From a virus, in IMG/VR virus record IMGVR_UViG_3300045988_071280: 64,000 nt of DNA; one strand, given 5' to 3'. This document shows, one piece after another, positions 46,556 to 57,054 of this stretch. The notes beneath the pieces were generated by a model, which saw only the letters and a program-made list of their open reading frames with translations, did not search any database and was not told the origin of the DNA. Each line of letters opens with the position of its first letter. The first letter of the stretch is position 1. The translations under genes were made by a program, and so were the position numbers.

Positions 46556-47281
46556 ATGGCACTAAATTTTGGAGCAGATTTTAACAACGCAGGAGAACAC
46601 ACATTAGCTAAAGGAAGTTATTTACAAGGTGATAAAATTCACATTGTTAAATTAAAAGAAGCGAAAGCTGATAGACAAAAATTAAAAGATGGAAGGGAAG
46701 TAGATACTATCAACGTAGTATTTGAGGATGAAAATGGAGCAACTTTTGAAGATAGAACCTTTGAATTAACACAAGACTCTATTGAAAGAAAAACATTCGA
46801 GTGGGGAACTTCTGCGTCTATGTATGATTCCGCAGTATTAAAGTTCCGGTGTTATATTGAACACTTCGCACCTAAATATAATGAAAAACTAATTAAAGGA
46901 GAAGTAAAACTTGAAATGAAGAGCTGGAAACAATTCCGGGATTCGATGGTTGCAATTCTCCAAGCTGTTATTAAACAGAAAACTCCTGTATGGTGTAAAC
47001 TTAAATTAATTAAGAATAGCTCAGGATTTGCTAGTCTTCCTTTCTTTGCAGCAGTAGATAAAGAAGGAAATGCGTATGTAAACAATAACTTTATCGGCAA
47101 TGTAGAAATTTTGAAACAACAAGATAGGGATATTGCATTTACTGCTTCTGAAATCAAGAAGATTAGAGCTAGAGAAGAAGCTTCTTCTGGAACTACTACT
47201 TCCACAGAAGAATTAATTTCTTCTAATCCGGAGGAAATTTCGGATATTAATATGGAAGATTTTGAAAATATGACTCTGTAA
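46556..47281 (+). CDS. putative ssDNA-binding protein
   Basis: Position between the recombinase-like ATPase and the primase, plus an acidic C-terminal tail (EEISDINMEDFENMTL) of the kind SSBs carry. No direct motif evidence. Confidence 0.4.
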   Translation: MALNFGADFNNAGEHTLAKGSYLQGDKIHIVKLKEAKADRQKLKDGREVDTINVVFEDENGATFEDRTFELTQDSIERKTFEWGTSASMYDSAVLKFRCYIEHFAPKYNEKLIKGEVKLEMKSWKQFRDSMVAILQAVIKQKTPVWCKLKLIKNSSGFASLPFFAAVDKEGNAYVNNNFIGNVEILKQQDRDIAFTASEIKKIRAREEASSGTTTSTEELISSNPEEISDINMEDFENMTL

Positions 47282-48342
47282 TGGGAGTTAACCTCAGTAA
47301 AGTAGATGTTTCTAGTCCTCCTTTAATAGCTGATTACGATTCCATGTTCTCTGAGAAGTTAACTCAAGAATTATTACTTAGATATAATTCAGAAGAAACT
47401 TATATGGAACATTATTTGGGAATTCCAGTTAAAAAAGGGTTATTTAAGTCCCCACTTAGAAAAGATAATACTCCTACATGTGCATTTTTTAGAGATAGTG
47501 CAGGAAGGCTCGTATTTAAAGATTTTAGGGGCGATTTTTATGGAAATTTTATTGAGGTAGTTAAGTATAAATATAATGTTTCTTATTCTAAAGCGTTAGC
47601 AATTATTGCTAATGACTTTGGGATAAGAAAAAATATTAACTTTCCAGTTAATAAATCTTGTATAAAAGAATATACTAATTCGAAATTTGAAAAGACAGAA
47701 GGATCTATTATTAAAGTTAAAGTTAAGGATTTTACGGAAGAGGAATTAAAATGGTGGGGAAAATTTGGAATAAGTCTGAATACTTTAAAGAAATTCTTTG
47801 TATTTTCCTTAGAACTAGTATATTTAAATAATGAAATATTCTCATTTAGCACCTCTAAAAAGTTTCAGTTTGGGTATTACTATCCTACTAAGGACAAAGA
47901 GAAGCAATTGTGGAAAATTTACTACCCAATGAATAAAAAGTATCGCTTCATAACTAATTATAAGAAAAGTATAATTCAAGGTATTCATAACATGCCGAAG
48001 AATGGAGAATATTTAGTAATAACTAAATCTCTTAAAGATGTTATGTGTTTATATGAACTTGGGATACCTGCAATTGCACCTAATTCAGAAAATCAGTTTG
48101 TGAGTGATATTTTATATTCTAAATTAAAAGAAAGATTTAAGAAAATATTCTTGTTTTATGATTCTGATTTAGCTGGGATTAGTAATATGAATAAAATTAG
48201 AAAGAAATTTTCTGATATACTTCCTATATATATTCCGAGGAGATATAAGGCTAAAGATATATCAGATTTCTATTCTAAATATGGAAGTTTAAAGACTTTC
48301 GACTTAATAGAAAATACGAAAAGGTTATATTTAAATGGATAA
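47281..48342 (+). CDS. DNA primase (Toprim domain)
   Basis: Toprim-like YLVITKSLKDVMCLYELGIPAIAPNSE...IFLFYDSDLAG. N-terminal part DNTPTCAFFRDSAGRLVFKDF. Confidence 0.65.
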   Translation: MGVNLSKVDVSSPPLIADYDSMFSEKLTQELLLRYNSEETYMEHYLGIPVKKGLFKSPLRKDNTPTCAFFRDSAGRLVFKDFRGDFYGNFIEVVKYKYNVSYSKALAIIANDFGIRKNINFPVNKSCIKEYTNSKFEKTEGSIIKVKVKDFTEEELKWWGKFGISLNTLKKFFVFSLELVYLNNEIFSFSTSKKFQFGYYYPTKDKEKQLWKIYYPMNKKYRFITNYKKSIIQGIHNMPKNGEYLVITKSLKDVMCLYELGIPAIAPNSENQFVSDILYSKLKERFKKIFLFYDSDLAGISNMNKIRKKFSDILPIYIPRRYKAKDISDFYSKYGSLKTFDLIENTKRLYLNG

Positions 48343-48529
48343 AGTACAAAAAATAGAATTAGAAGAATGTATAGTTGATATAGATGCTGCTTTACATAGT
48401 ATTTCTAATTTTAGAAACAAATATCATGATAGTGTTTTTAATACCTTAGAGATAATACATTATCTTGACCTAATAAAAATATATACTAATTCTTTAAAAC
48501 ATCTCCTAAAAAATTCAGTAGAAGAATAA
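48335..48529 (+). CDS. hypothetical protein
   Basis: ORF track. Confidence 0.5.
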   Translation: MDKVQKIELEECIVDIDAALHSISNFRNKYHDSVFNTLEIIHYLDLIKIYTNSLKHLLKNSVEE

Positions 48530-48567
48530 CAAATATTTAATACATAGAGAAAGATTTAAAGTAATTT

Positions 48568-49068
48568 ATGAAAGATTTAAAAATCATCTGTGATATAGAT
48601 GGAATAGTTGCAGATTTTATGGGACATTATAAAAAATGGTTTAATGTAGATACATATCCATCTAGATTACAAGAGTATGCAATATTAAAAAACGTATATA
48701 ATTTAAGGAATAATAAGAAATTTTGGACAACCGTTCCTAAATTAAGAGATATTAATTTCCCTATAGTTGCTTATTGTACTAAAAGAATTAATTCTAAATC
48801 ATATACTAAGGAATGGATAATTAAAAATAATCTTCCTGATAAACCTATTTATCAAATGGTATGTTATTCAGGTAATAAATCGAGGTTGATTAAGGGGAAA
48901 TGTGATGTATTTATTGAAGATTCTATAGCTAATTTTATAGAGTGTAATAAATCCGGAGTATTTACATTATTACTGACTACTCCAGAGAATAAATATTACG
49001 ATACTCCTCTTAGAATTGATTCATTAAATTACCTAGATATTATAAATAAATATGAAGAATATAATTGA
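48568..49068 (+). CDS. 5'(3')-deoxyribonucleotidase-like HAD phosphatase
   Basis: IICDIDGIVADF is HAD motif I in the NT5C arrangement; FIEDS near the C-terminus. Confidence 0.6.
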   Translation: MKDLKIICDIDGIVADFMGHYKKWFNVDTYPSRLQEYAILKNVYNLRNNKKFWTTVPKLRDINFPIVAYCTKRINSKSYTKEWIIKNNLPDKPIYQMVCYSGNKSRLIKGKCDVFIEDSIANFIECNKSGVFTLLLTTPENKYYDTPLRIDSLNYLDIINKYEEYN

Positions 49069-49513
49069 ATATAAAAACGAATATGAATCGAGCATAAATA
49101 GTGCTATTTTACGATGTTTAAATACTTGTACTTCTACTAATGATAAAGAGGGATTTTTAAGTCTTATATATTATCTCAAAGAAAAGTATGAAGTCGAAAT
49201 GTATGATATTGAATACTATATTCTGTGTGCATTTCAAAATGATTCAATAGATAGAGTTCTAGGAAATGTATATGAGAGTATATTTAATGAAATAATTAAG
49301 AGTTTATTAGATGATGATGCTTGTGATATATGCAATTTCATAAGTTATCATATTTCAAATATTAATTCCGAGTTTGGATTATCTATAGAATATTTTACAT
49401 ACGAAAATTTTTTAGAGGGAAGAAAGTTCTTTTTTAGTTTAGAAGAACTTCTTCCAGATATTACTATACATGAAACTATAGATGGAGAACTGCAAGATAG
49501 AACTAATATCTAA
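49052..49513 (+). CDS. hypothetical protein
   Basis: ORF track. Confidence 0.55.
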   Translation: MKNIIEYKNEYESSINSAILRCLNTCTSTNDKEGFLSLIYYLKEKYEVEMYDIEYYILCAFQNDSIDRVLGNVYESIFNEIIKSLLDDDACDICNFISYHISNINSEFGLSIEYFTYENFLEGRKFFFSLEELLPDITIHETIDGELQDRTNI

Positions 49514-51863
49514 AGAAGTATTATCTAAATTTAAGATAAAAATATTATCAATAAATAGTTTAGATATAACTGATGAAGTATATTTTTCTGATAAATATTC
49601 TAATTATATATCTAATTCTAAATTAAAACTGATAAATCCTAATGAAGGAGGATCATTTAAAACATATTTAGAAGGATTAAAATCTAAATTTACCGGATCT
49701 TTAGATTTAGGATCGGCGGTTCATGAGTTAATTCTACAAAATGAATCGTTTGAATTAAATTCTTATACCAAATTATCTGGTAAAATTGGGAAAGTTATAG
49801 AGGTTGTATTTAAATATAGAAATAAGGGATATTCCATATTAAATGCAATTCGAAAAGCTTCCGAAGAAGTTTCTTATTACATATCTCAATTAACTGATAC
49901 AAGAATATCTAATATAATCTCATCTGGATTTAAATATTATCTTTATTTATATAAAAATAAAGATGTTAAATATGATAAAGAACAAATAATCTTGGATGAG
50001 AAATCTAGGGAAACTTGTATAAAATGTGTAGATTCTATTAGAAGAAATTCTGATGCAATGAATCTCCTTTCCCCAGATGAATTTTCATTAGATCAGTATT
50101 TAAATAAGAATGAGGATACTATTATAATAGAAATTTTAGTATCATTTCCTAATAGTTTAAATAATCCAAATGCACCCATTGTTGAGATTCCTTTAAAACT
50201 AAAAGCTAAGATAGATAATTGGAATTTAAATATAAATGAAGGTATTCTTAATTTAAATGATTTAAAGACTACTGGTAAGTAAATTTTTTTTATTGTATTT
50301 TATTTGTTTTATTTCATTAAATGTATTTAATTTGTATATTATTAAATAATACAATAAAAATACATTTATGAATAATTTAAATCAAGCTATTAGTGATTAT
50401 GAACATTTATTTATAGGAATTTGTGAATTAAGTAAAAAATATAAAATTCCTAATAAAGAAATTAGAAAAGCGTTAGAAGATAAAGGATATTATTTAGGAA
50501 AAGGAGTATCTCCAAAAAGTGTTGTGCATATTAAACTTGCAGTAGAGGAATATAAAAATATTCTTAATGCTGGTGAAGAACCTAATATTCATCAACTGGC
50601 ATTAAAGTATGATATTTCCGATACGTCTATAAAAGACAATTTAATTAGATTAAATCTTCCTGTTGTAAGATACCCTAAAAAAATCCATTTTGATGAACAT
50701 GTCTTTGATGTTATAGATACTGAAGAAAAAGCATATTGGCTAGGATTTTTAACTGCTGATGGGTATATTTGTAGTAGAGATAATACATTTGGAATTGGTC
50801 TAGCTAGTATAGATAAGCATCATGTAGAAAAATATGCCACATTTCTTAAATGTCCTCAACATGTTAAATTTAAGAATAACGAACATGCTGGAATATATAG
50901 ATGTGATTTAGGAAACGCTCATGTAAAGCAAGTATTACAAAAATATGGATTTACTGCTTCTAAATCTTTTGACTGTACCTTTTTAAAAGACCAGTTTTTT
51001 GCAAATTCCGATTTAATAAGACATTATATTAGAGGATATTTTGATGGAGATGGCTGTGTCAGTTATAAAAAAAAGTATAGAAAAACAATTAATGCCACTA
51101 TTTATATTCCGATAGTTTCTATAGTTGGAACAGAAGCTTTTTTACAAGAATTAAGAAATAAATCAAGTTTAATTTGTCTTTTTCAGTCACAACAAAATTT
51201 ATGGAATTTATATGGATCTGGAAAAAAGGCAAAAGATTTTCTTTATTACATTTATAATAACGCTACTATTTATCTAGATAGAAAATACAATATTTATAAA
51301 AATTATATTGCCCCACACTTAGAGAAATCGAGTGTTCCGCAGTGGCCAATATCGGTAGATACTGAAATGTAAATACCGAGATAAATTCAGAGATCACGAA
51401 AGGCTCTGAATCATCGTAACGCGTAGAAGGTGAATAAATATAATCCTTCCAAGAGTGGCTGCCACCTTAAAGGGTGAAAATGTACGCTGAACTATATCGA
51501 ATAACAAGATATAGAAATAAAGGATAAAAAGCCTTTATGATAACAAAATTGAAACCATGGTATTTATTCCCAGGATCTATAGTAAATGAAACTGGAGAAT
51601 TTGTTGAAGGGTCCTTCCAGCATTATCATTATTATCGCCAATTAGGTATGTATTACTGGATGTTATTATCTTATTTAAATTCTGAGAATTATGTAGTATC
51701 TAAATCATATTTAAATATTATATCAGTGCAAACTATTCCTAATTATTCTACTGTAGTATTTAGAATCCCGAATAAATGGTTTATTAAAGGATTAAAAGAA
51801 TTTAAAACATTATTATCTTACGCAGCTTATGCTGAATATAATAAAGAAAAAATATTATCATGA
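49482..51863 (+). CDS. PD-(D/E)XK-type nuclease, two exons (49482-50276, 51552-51863)
   Basis: GSAVHELIL, then ..KIDNWNL.. and LNLNDLKTTG|KPWYLF... (a D-x-K catalytic motif). Spliced length is 1107 nt, in frame. Confidence 0.5.
50277..51551 (+). mobile_element. group I intron, family 2, carrying a LAGLIDADG homing endonuclease
   Basis: Begins after ..actggt| and ends ..gataacaaaattg|aaacca. The 3' 180 nt share ataccgag, cgtaacgcgtagaa, ccaagagtgg and aatgtacgctgaac with the introns at 24591 and 54757. Confidence 0.75.
50368..51372 (+). CDS. intron-encoded LAGLIDADG homing endonuclease
   Basis: IDTEEKAYWLGFLTADGYI and IRGYFDGDGCVSY. Close paralog of 54855-55910. Confidence 0.85.
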   Translation: MNNLNQAISDYEHLFIGICELSKKYKIPNKEIRKALEDKGYYLGKGVSPKSVVHIKLAVEEYKNILNAGEEPNIHQLALKYDISDTSIKDNLIRLNLPVVRYPKKIHFDEHVFDVIDTEEKAYWLGFLTADGYICSRDNTFGIGLASIDKHHVEKYATFLKCPQHVKFKNNEHAGIYRCDLGNAHVKQVLQKYGFTASKSFDCTFLKDQFFANSDLIRHYIRGYFDGDGCVSYKKKYRKTINATIYIPIVSIVGTEAFLQELRNKSSLICLFQSQQNLWNLYGSGKKAKDFLYYIYNNATIYLDRKYNIYKNYIAPHLEKSSVPQWPISVDTEM

Positions 51864-52267
51864 TTCCATATAGAGATGATGTTTTAATATCAGAACAAAT
51901 AGTACAAGATTTAGTCAATCAGTTTAATAACTTAACTCAAGAAGAAAAAGAAAGATTTTTTAAAAAGGTTTTATGTATTGGTTCTTTAGCTGTAGACTCT
52001 TTAGATACTGTTACAGCTTTAATATCTATACTTATTGCTATATATAGAAAATATGCTGAGAAGCATCCGGATGTTTCTATAGAGAAGTTTACTAAAGCAT
52101 TTTTAAAAGATACTATATCTACCTATGATGATTCATGGATGGAGAATTTTTTACCTTTATGTAAAGCCATTACAGATTGTAAAAAAGTAAATCTGTGTGG
52201 GGCAAAGAATCTTGAGGAATGTAAATCTAAGATAAATAGTGTATTAGATAAACTACTTCCATTTTAA
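51860..52267 (+). CDS. hypothetical protein
   Basis: ORF track. Confidence 0.6.
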   Translation: MIPYRDDVLISEQIVQDLVNQFNNLTQEEKERFFKKVLCIGSLAVDSLDTVTALISILIAIYRKYAEKHPDVSIEKFTKAFLKDTISTYDDSWMENFLPLCKAITDCKKVNLCGAKNLEECKSKINSVLDKLLPF

Positions 52268-52364
52268 TATAGGAGTATCACTACTTTAGATAAAAACAAT
52301 ACCTCACTAGAAATTATTAATAAATTTTTAGTGATTAATATTTTGATAACATTAAAAATCCCCT

Positions 52365-52372
52365 TATCTTTG
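52365..52372 (+). promoter_or_regulatory. -7 box TATCTTTG with an upstream TTTG at 52342-52345
   Basis: Exact TAnnTTTG with a -33-like TTTG 19 nt upstream; 65 nt before the ATG at 52438. Confidence 0.5.
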
Positions 52373-52437
52373 TACTATCAAATTAAGGGAAAATATAACA
52401 ACTTAAATATTTATTAACCTATAAAATTTTTAGAATT

Positions 52438-53016
52438 ATGGCAAAATTGTTTATGACCAATGTAAAAGGATTTAGTAAAGAAGAAGCAATGTGTGAACTT
52501 CCGTTAGAAATTAATCAAAATGCAACTGCAAAATGGCGTGCTGCTGGAGAACCTACTTTTGGTTCAGATGATTTCCGAGCATTCGCTGAGAACTTCATCA
52601 GCAACAAACATATGATTACTGGAGCTGGTGCTTATATTCAGAAAACTTCCCCTGTAGCTGATACTCGTACAAAACCTTATAAAATTGTAAACTTCAAGAA
52701 AGAAGGTAAGACTAAATGGGAAACTGTATATAATGTTTGTGAAGCAGAATTTAACTTGGATAAAGAAGGTAAATTTAAATCAATCGAATCAATTGGTATG
52801 CCTGTAGATCAATCTGCTGTTAATAAGGCTGATGCTGAACGTAAAATGCGTGAATTAATTGCTCAAAATAAACGTAATTATGTAGTAAGAAAGACTAAAG
52901 AAGTTGTTGAGGATGAAACTTCTAAGAACGGAGAAATCTTGTGTGCAGGTGTTTATACTCCGTCAATTACTACTAAACAAGGAGAATTTTATGTATTTGG
53001 ATTAGTTAAAGAATAA
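52438..53016 (+). CDS. hypothetical protein in its own promoter/terminator unit, with bias toward CGT/GCT/GGT codons
   Basis: ORF track. Monocistronic unit whose codon choice is unlike its neighbours. Confidence 0.7.
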   Translation: MAKLFMTNVKGFSKEEAMCELPLEINQNATAKWRAAGEPTFGSDDFRAFAENFISNKHMITGAGAYIQKTSPVADTRTKPYKIVNFKKEGKTKWETVYNVCEAEFNLDKEGKFKSIESIGMPVDQSAVNKADAERKMRELIAQNKRNYVVRKTKEVVEDETSKNGEILCAGVYTPSITTKQGEFYVFGLVKE

Positions 53017-53060
53017 TCTTGAATATAATAAAATATTTATACAAATATATAATTAATTAG

Positions 53061-53097
53061 AAGGGTGTAATATTAATTTATTACACCCTTTATTTTT
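53061..53097 (+). terminator. rho-independent terminator
   Basis: Stem aagggtgtaa/ttacaccctt (10 bp), followed by tattttt. Confidence 0.75.
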
Positions 53098-53152
53098 AAA
53101 AACATAACAGTAATAATTTTAACAGTGTCGCTACTTAAAGCCGTGATTAAAT

Positions 53153-56100
53153 ATGAAACTAGAATTATCTAAATCGATCTTAGAATCTATCTCAAGTAGA
53201 GTAAATAATGATATTTTTACATTTGATGATGTAGAAAGTGAATATAAATTGGATAATATTCAAGAAAAGTTATATAATAGATTATATAAAAACTATCAGG
53301 ATTTAACTCCACCACAATTTGATTTAGATACGTTTAGATTTACATATAAAATACTTTGTCAAAACTCTGGAGTAAAAAAGACTCCTCAGAAACAATTAAA
53401 TAAAGTTAAGGATAGAAAAATTGTATATGATGCTACTACTGATGAATCTTTCGAAAGTAGAATTGTTGGTTCATCTGTAAGAGATGAAGAAGGTAAAGTA
53501 ACACATTATGAATTTAGAATCCTTATTAGAGATAAAGAATCTTTTGAAGGTACTCTCACGTTATCTGAAATGCAGGATATTTATGTTGGATATTCTAATA
53601 GAGGATATAATTTATCAGCTAGGAAATTGTCTGAGAAATTCCCACAATATGATTTGATTCAATTAAAGAAGATTTTAAGAGCGTTTCAGATTACTAAAGA
53701 TTGTTACCCATTTGCTCCACATATTGCAGAAAGTAAGAGTAAAGAGGAATTAGAAAGGATGTTATTAGATTTAAAATTACATTCTGCTTCTAAGAATGCT
53801 GATAGAGATGAGGTACAAGATAAGAATAAATATATCTTAGAATTAACTAAGGAACTTAATAAGTATAGAGATAAAGAAACATTTGTTAAGGATTTACTTA
53901 GAATTCCTGTTAAATATAATACTCCTATAACGCCTTTATATTCCGATGCTAATGAATATACTAATACGTTAGTTATATTCTTGTCTGATATGCATATCGG
54001 AGCTTATAATCCTAAATATGGATTTATACAATTGGAAGATTATAATAAAGAAGAAATTAGTAGGAGATTAGATAAAGTATATAATTTTATTATTAATAAA
54101 TTATTTGATAATTTAATTATCTGTAATTTAGGAGATAGTGTAGATTCTTATAAAGGTGAAACTGTTAGAGGTCATGAATTACCTACTACTATTACTCCAA
54201 AAGAACAATCTAAGATGTATTTAGATATTATGTTAGGGTTCTTTAATAAATTACTTGATTATGTAGAAAATTCTCATATTAAATACATCTGTATTGGAGA
54301 TTCAAATCATTGATTGTATTTAAATACAATTTGTGCTAATAATAAGAAATTATTATTTGAAACTAGGTTAACTGCTGGGACGCCTGAGATGGTAATCAGC
54401 AACCAAGCTACAGATTTAAATTCTGTAGAAGGCTCATCGACTATTCCTGAAATGGAAGTAGAATCAAGCGATTCGAAATGCCTAGCCCTTAGCATTATAT
54501 CTAATATAGATATAGATATAGATGAAGGTGAAGAGATAGTCAGTTCTCATATTAATAAGGAAGTATGAGGAGGTTTTATTAACCCATATAAGAGTAGCGA
54601 ACTTATATGAACATAAAGGATGGTGACTGGGGATGGCTAAATAACGTTGTTCTTTCTGCTAAACTTAAAGAACTGAATATAGAATCCCACATTTCTGATC
54701 TTCCAATCGATAAATTTGATATCGGAAACAATTCTATATTATTCATGCATGGTGATATATTTTTCATATTTTTAATATAATTATTTAGTTTCCATGGAAA
54801 TAATTTATATATTTGTTAAATAATAATATATTTAATAAATAATAGAATTATAACATGGAAAAATTTTTAAATTTATTTTTGAGGAGTGAATTAAGTTTAC
54901 TCGATTTTTGTAAGCAATATAATCTATCTAGAGTTGAATTTGAAGGTTATATTAATGACAAAGGATATTATTGGAAGAATGGAAGGTCTGGCATAAAAGT
55001 TAACCTATTTAAACTGGCAATAGATGATTATGTAAATTCTTTAGAGAGTGTAGGAGCTTCTGCTAAAAGATTTGGAATTAATTCTCAATCTCTTAGTAAA
55101 GATTTAAAAGAATTAGATCTTTATGATGAATCCAGAAAAGGTAAGTCAATAAAAAAATATAATGAACGTATTTTTGATACTATTGACACAGAGGAGAAAG
55201 CATATTGGTTAGGATTTATCTTTGCTGATGGATATATATATTCATCCCCAATCGAAGAGAAAAAATCTAGAACAGATTGGAACTTTGAATTATGTGCTTC
55301 TGGTACTGATAAAGAACACATGGAAAAATTTGCCAAGTTTATAGGATACACTAAAGAATTAAAGATTACTAAAGCTGATAATAAAGGAAATACTAGATGT
55401 AGGGTATGTCTATCTAGTCAACATTTATGGGAAACACTTAATAGTTATGGTTGTACTCCTAGAAAATCTTTAACCTTAAAGTTCCCAAGTCTAAACATAT
55501 TTAAGGACGAGAGTTTAGTATGGGACTTTATAAGAGGTTATATAGATGGAGATGGGTGTATTTCATATGCAACTAAAGATCATTCTAAAATGCTCCTTTC
55601 CTTATTAGGAACAGAAGATTTTTTAAATTCTATACAAGATGTATTTTCTACTAAGTACACTTTGGAATATAATCATAATGATAAGAATTCTAAAACTAGA
55701 GTACTAGAAATAGCTTGTAGACCAGGGCTTAACATTTTACATAAATTATATTCACACTCAAAAATATATTTAAAAAGAAAATATGAAAGATATTTAGAAT
55801 ATTGCCGTCTATATGAGGAATCATATAGAGAATTAGAAACCAATAACGGGGAAGGCTGTGATGTCAATCCCGTGATAAGTACAGAAAGTAAAGAGTCTGT
55901 GCCATCGTAACGCGTAGAACTTGAACCTCGAAAGAGAATAAAATAGTTCCAAGAGTGGTTTCTACCCCAACACTTTTATAAGTAGTGGGTAAAAAGGTAC
56001 GCTGGACTATAGCAAAAAGAAGCTATAGAAGTTAGGATAAAAAGCCTAACGATAACAAAATCGAAAGATAGCGATTCCCAGTTTAAAGGAATGCCTCTTA

Positions 56101-56360
56101 CATTGAATGATAGAACAATAAATTGGGTAAATGATTATATTTATGATTCTGGATTAAAATTTAAAGACAATCTCTATGTAGTAAAAGGAGATTTACATCA
56201 ATATGCTATAACAGAATCTAGAAGATTTCAATATATTTCTGTTCCAAGTTTATATGGATCTTCTAATTATATAGCTGCTAATTTTGGGAAGACTAAATGG
56301 GGAGTAGGTTTTATGGAAGTATTTAATGACCATGTAACAACTGGAGTAATTAAAGAATGA
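53153..56360 (+). CDS. metallophosphoesterase (SbcD/Mre11-like motif order) with a long N-terminal extension, three exons (53153-54310, 54619-54756, 56064-56360)
   Basis: LSDMHIG (motif I), CNLGDSVD (II), GDSNH|DGDWG (III, restored by splicing), FMHGD|KDS.., KGDLHQY. Spliced length is 1593 nt, in frame. Confidence 0.65.
54311..54618 (+). mobile_element. ORF-less group I intron (family 1, td-like), 308 nt
   Basis: Begins after ..aatcat| and ends ..gaacataaag|gatggt. Contains aatcagcaaccaagc, catcgactattcctgaaatggaagta, ttcgaaatgcctagc and gagatagtcag. Confidence 0.8.
54808..54815 (+). promoter_or_regulatory. -7 box TATATTTG inside the intron, upstream of the HEG
   Basis: Exact TAnnTTTG, 39 nt upstream of the ATG at 54855. 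Confidence 0.4.
54855..55910 (+). CDS. intron-encoded LAGLIDADG homing endonuclease
   Basis: IDTEEKAYWLGFIFADGYI and IRGYIDGDGCISY. Confidence 0.85.
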   Translation: MEKFLNLFLRSELSLLDFCKQYNLSRVEFEGYINDKGYYWKNGRSGIKVNLFKLAIDDYVNSLESVGASAKRFGINSQSLSKDLKELDLYDESRKGKSIKKYNERIFDTIDTEEKAYWLGFIFADGYIYSSPIEEKKSRTDWNFELCASGTDKEHMEKFAKFIGYTKELKITKADNKGNTRCRVCLSSQHLWETLNSYGCTPRKSLTLKFPSLNIFKDESLVWDFIRGYIDGDGCISYATKDHSKMLLSLLGTEDFLNSIQDVFSTKYTLEYNHNDKNSKTRVLEIACRPGLNILHKLYSHSKIYLKRKYERYLEYCRLYEESYRELETNNGEGCDVNPVISTESKESVPS

Positions 56361-56361
56361 T

Positions 56362-56913
56362 ATGATAAATGGAACGTTCGTAGGAGGGAATGCTAAAGTG
56401 ATAATTCCTCTAAGAGATAAAAAGAGTATTTATAAGTATTGCCAGGAACAAAAATATGATACTTCTTTACCATTAAGTTGTGATAGTTCTATTGGATTAA
56501 AATATACACTTTCTTTTCCAAAATCAAATGAACAATCTAATTATTTTATTCTTTTAAATCTTGATGAGGATTTACTTAAGATGTTTATAGAAAGGGAAAT
56601 GACTCTTGATGAAATTGTTTATATAGTTGAAGAATCAGAAAAGTTAGACGATTATGAATTATTTCTCTGTTGTTTATATTATTTTCATAATTATACTAAT
56701 TTAGAAAATTTTGAATATGCACTTAAATCTTTTTTATGTAAAGTAGAAGATGATGAAGATTATATAGATTTATATCTTAGTATATATGGAGATATAATAA
56801 AAGCAACACCATTATTTTCTAGATATATAGACTTTAAAAAGTTCTTTTTGGAACAGTATACCACTATTAGCTTTAATAATACAAACTATATATTTTTATA
56901 TGATAAAATTTAA
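56362..56913 (+). CDS. hypothetical protein (paralog of 57055-57588)
   Basis: Shared architecture and endings: ..LENFEYALKSFL.. / ..LEDYQYALDNYI.., and NTNYIFLYD / NCCYIFGY. Confidence 0.6.
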   Translation: MINGTFVGGNAKVIIPLRDKKSIYKYCQEQKYDTSLPLSCDSSIGLKYTLSFPKSNEQSNYFILLNLDEDLLKMFIEREMTLDEIVYIVEESEKLDDYELFLCCLYYFHNYTNLENFEYALKSFLCKVEDDEDYIDLYLSIYGDIIKATPLFSRYIDFKKFFLEQYTTISFNNTNYIFLYDKI

Positions 56914-57054
56914 TATAAAGAGAAATGGAAATTCTATTGAGTTTGATAATATTCAAGAATTTATTTAATCCAAAACAATAAATATGTATCTATATAAATC
57001 GAATTATTTAAATAAGGATATTTATTATATACTTAAATAAAATTTTATATAAAC

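Larger units (their letters stand above)
54757..56063 (+). mobile_element. group I intron, family 2, carrying a LAGLIDADG homing endonuclease
   Basis: Begins after ..catggtgat| and ends ..gataacaaaatcg|aaagat. The 3' part has cgtaacgcgtagaa, ccaagagtgg, ggtacgctggac and aaagcctaacgataacaaaatcg. Confidence 0.75.

Noticed and set aside
54307-54568. ORFs 54314-54568 (+) and 54307-54495 (-), ORF 59054-59242 (-), the C-terminal tail of ORF 39173-39796 (..NSQLCRVKTWLIAGNL) and the first 14 codons of ORF 40073-40261.
   Set aside because: They fall inside ORF-less group I introns or read through splice sites. Their sequence consists of the conserved ribozyme core blocks shared with other introns.
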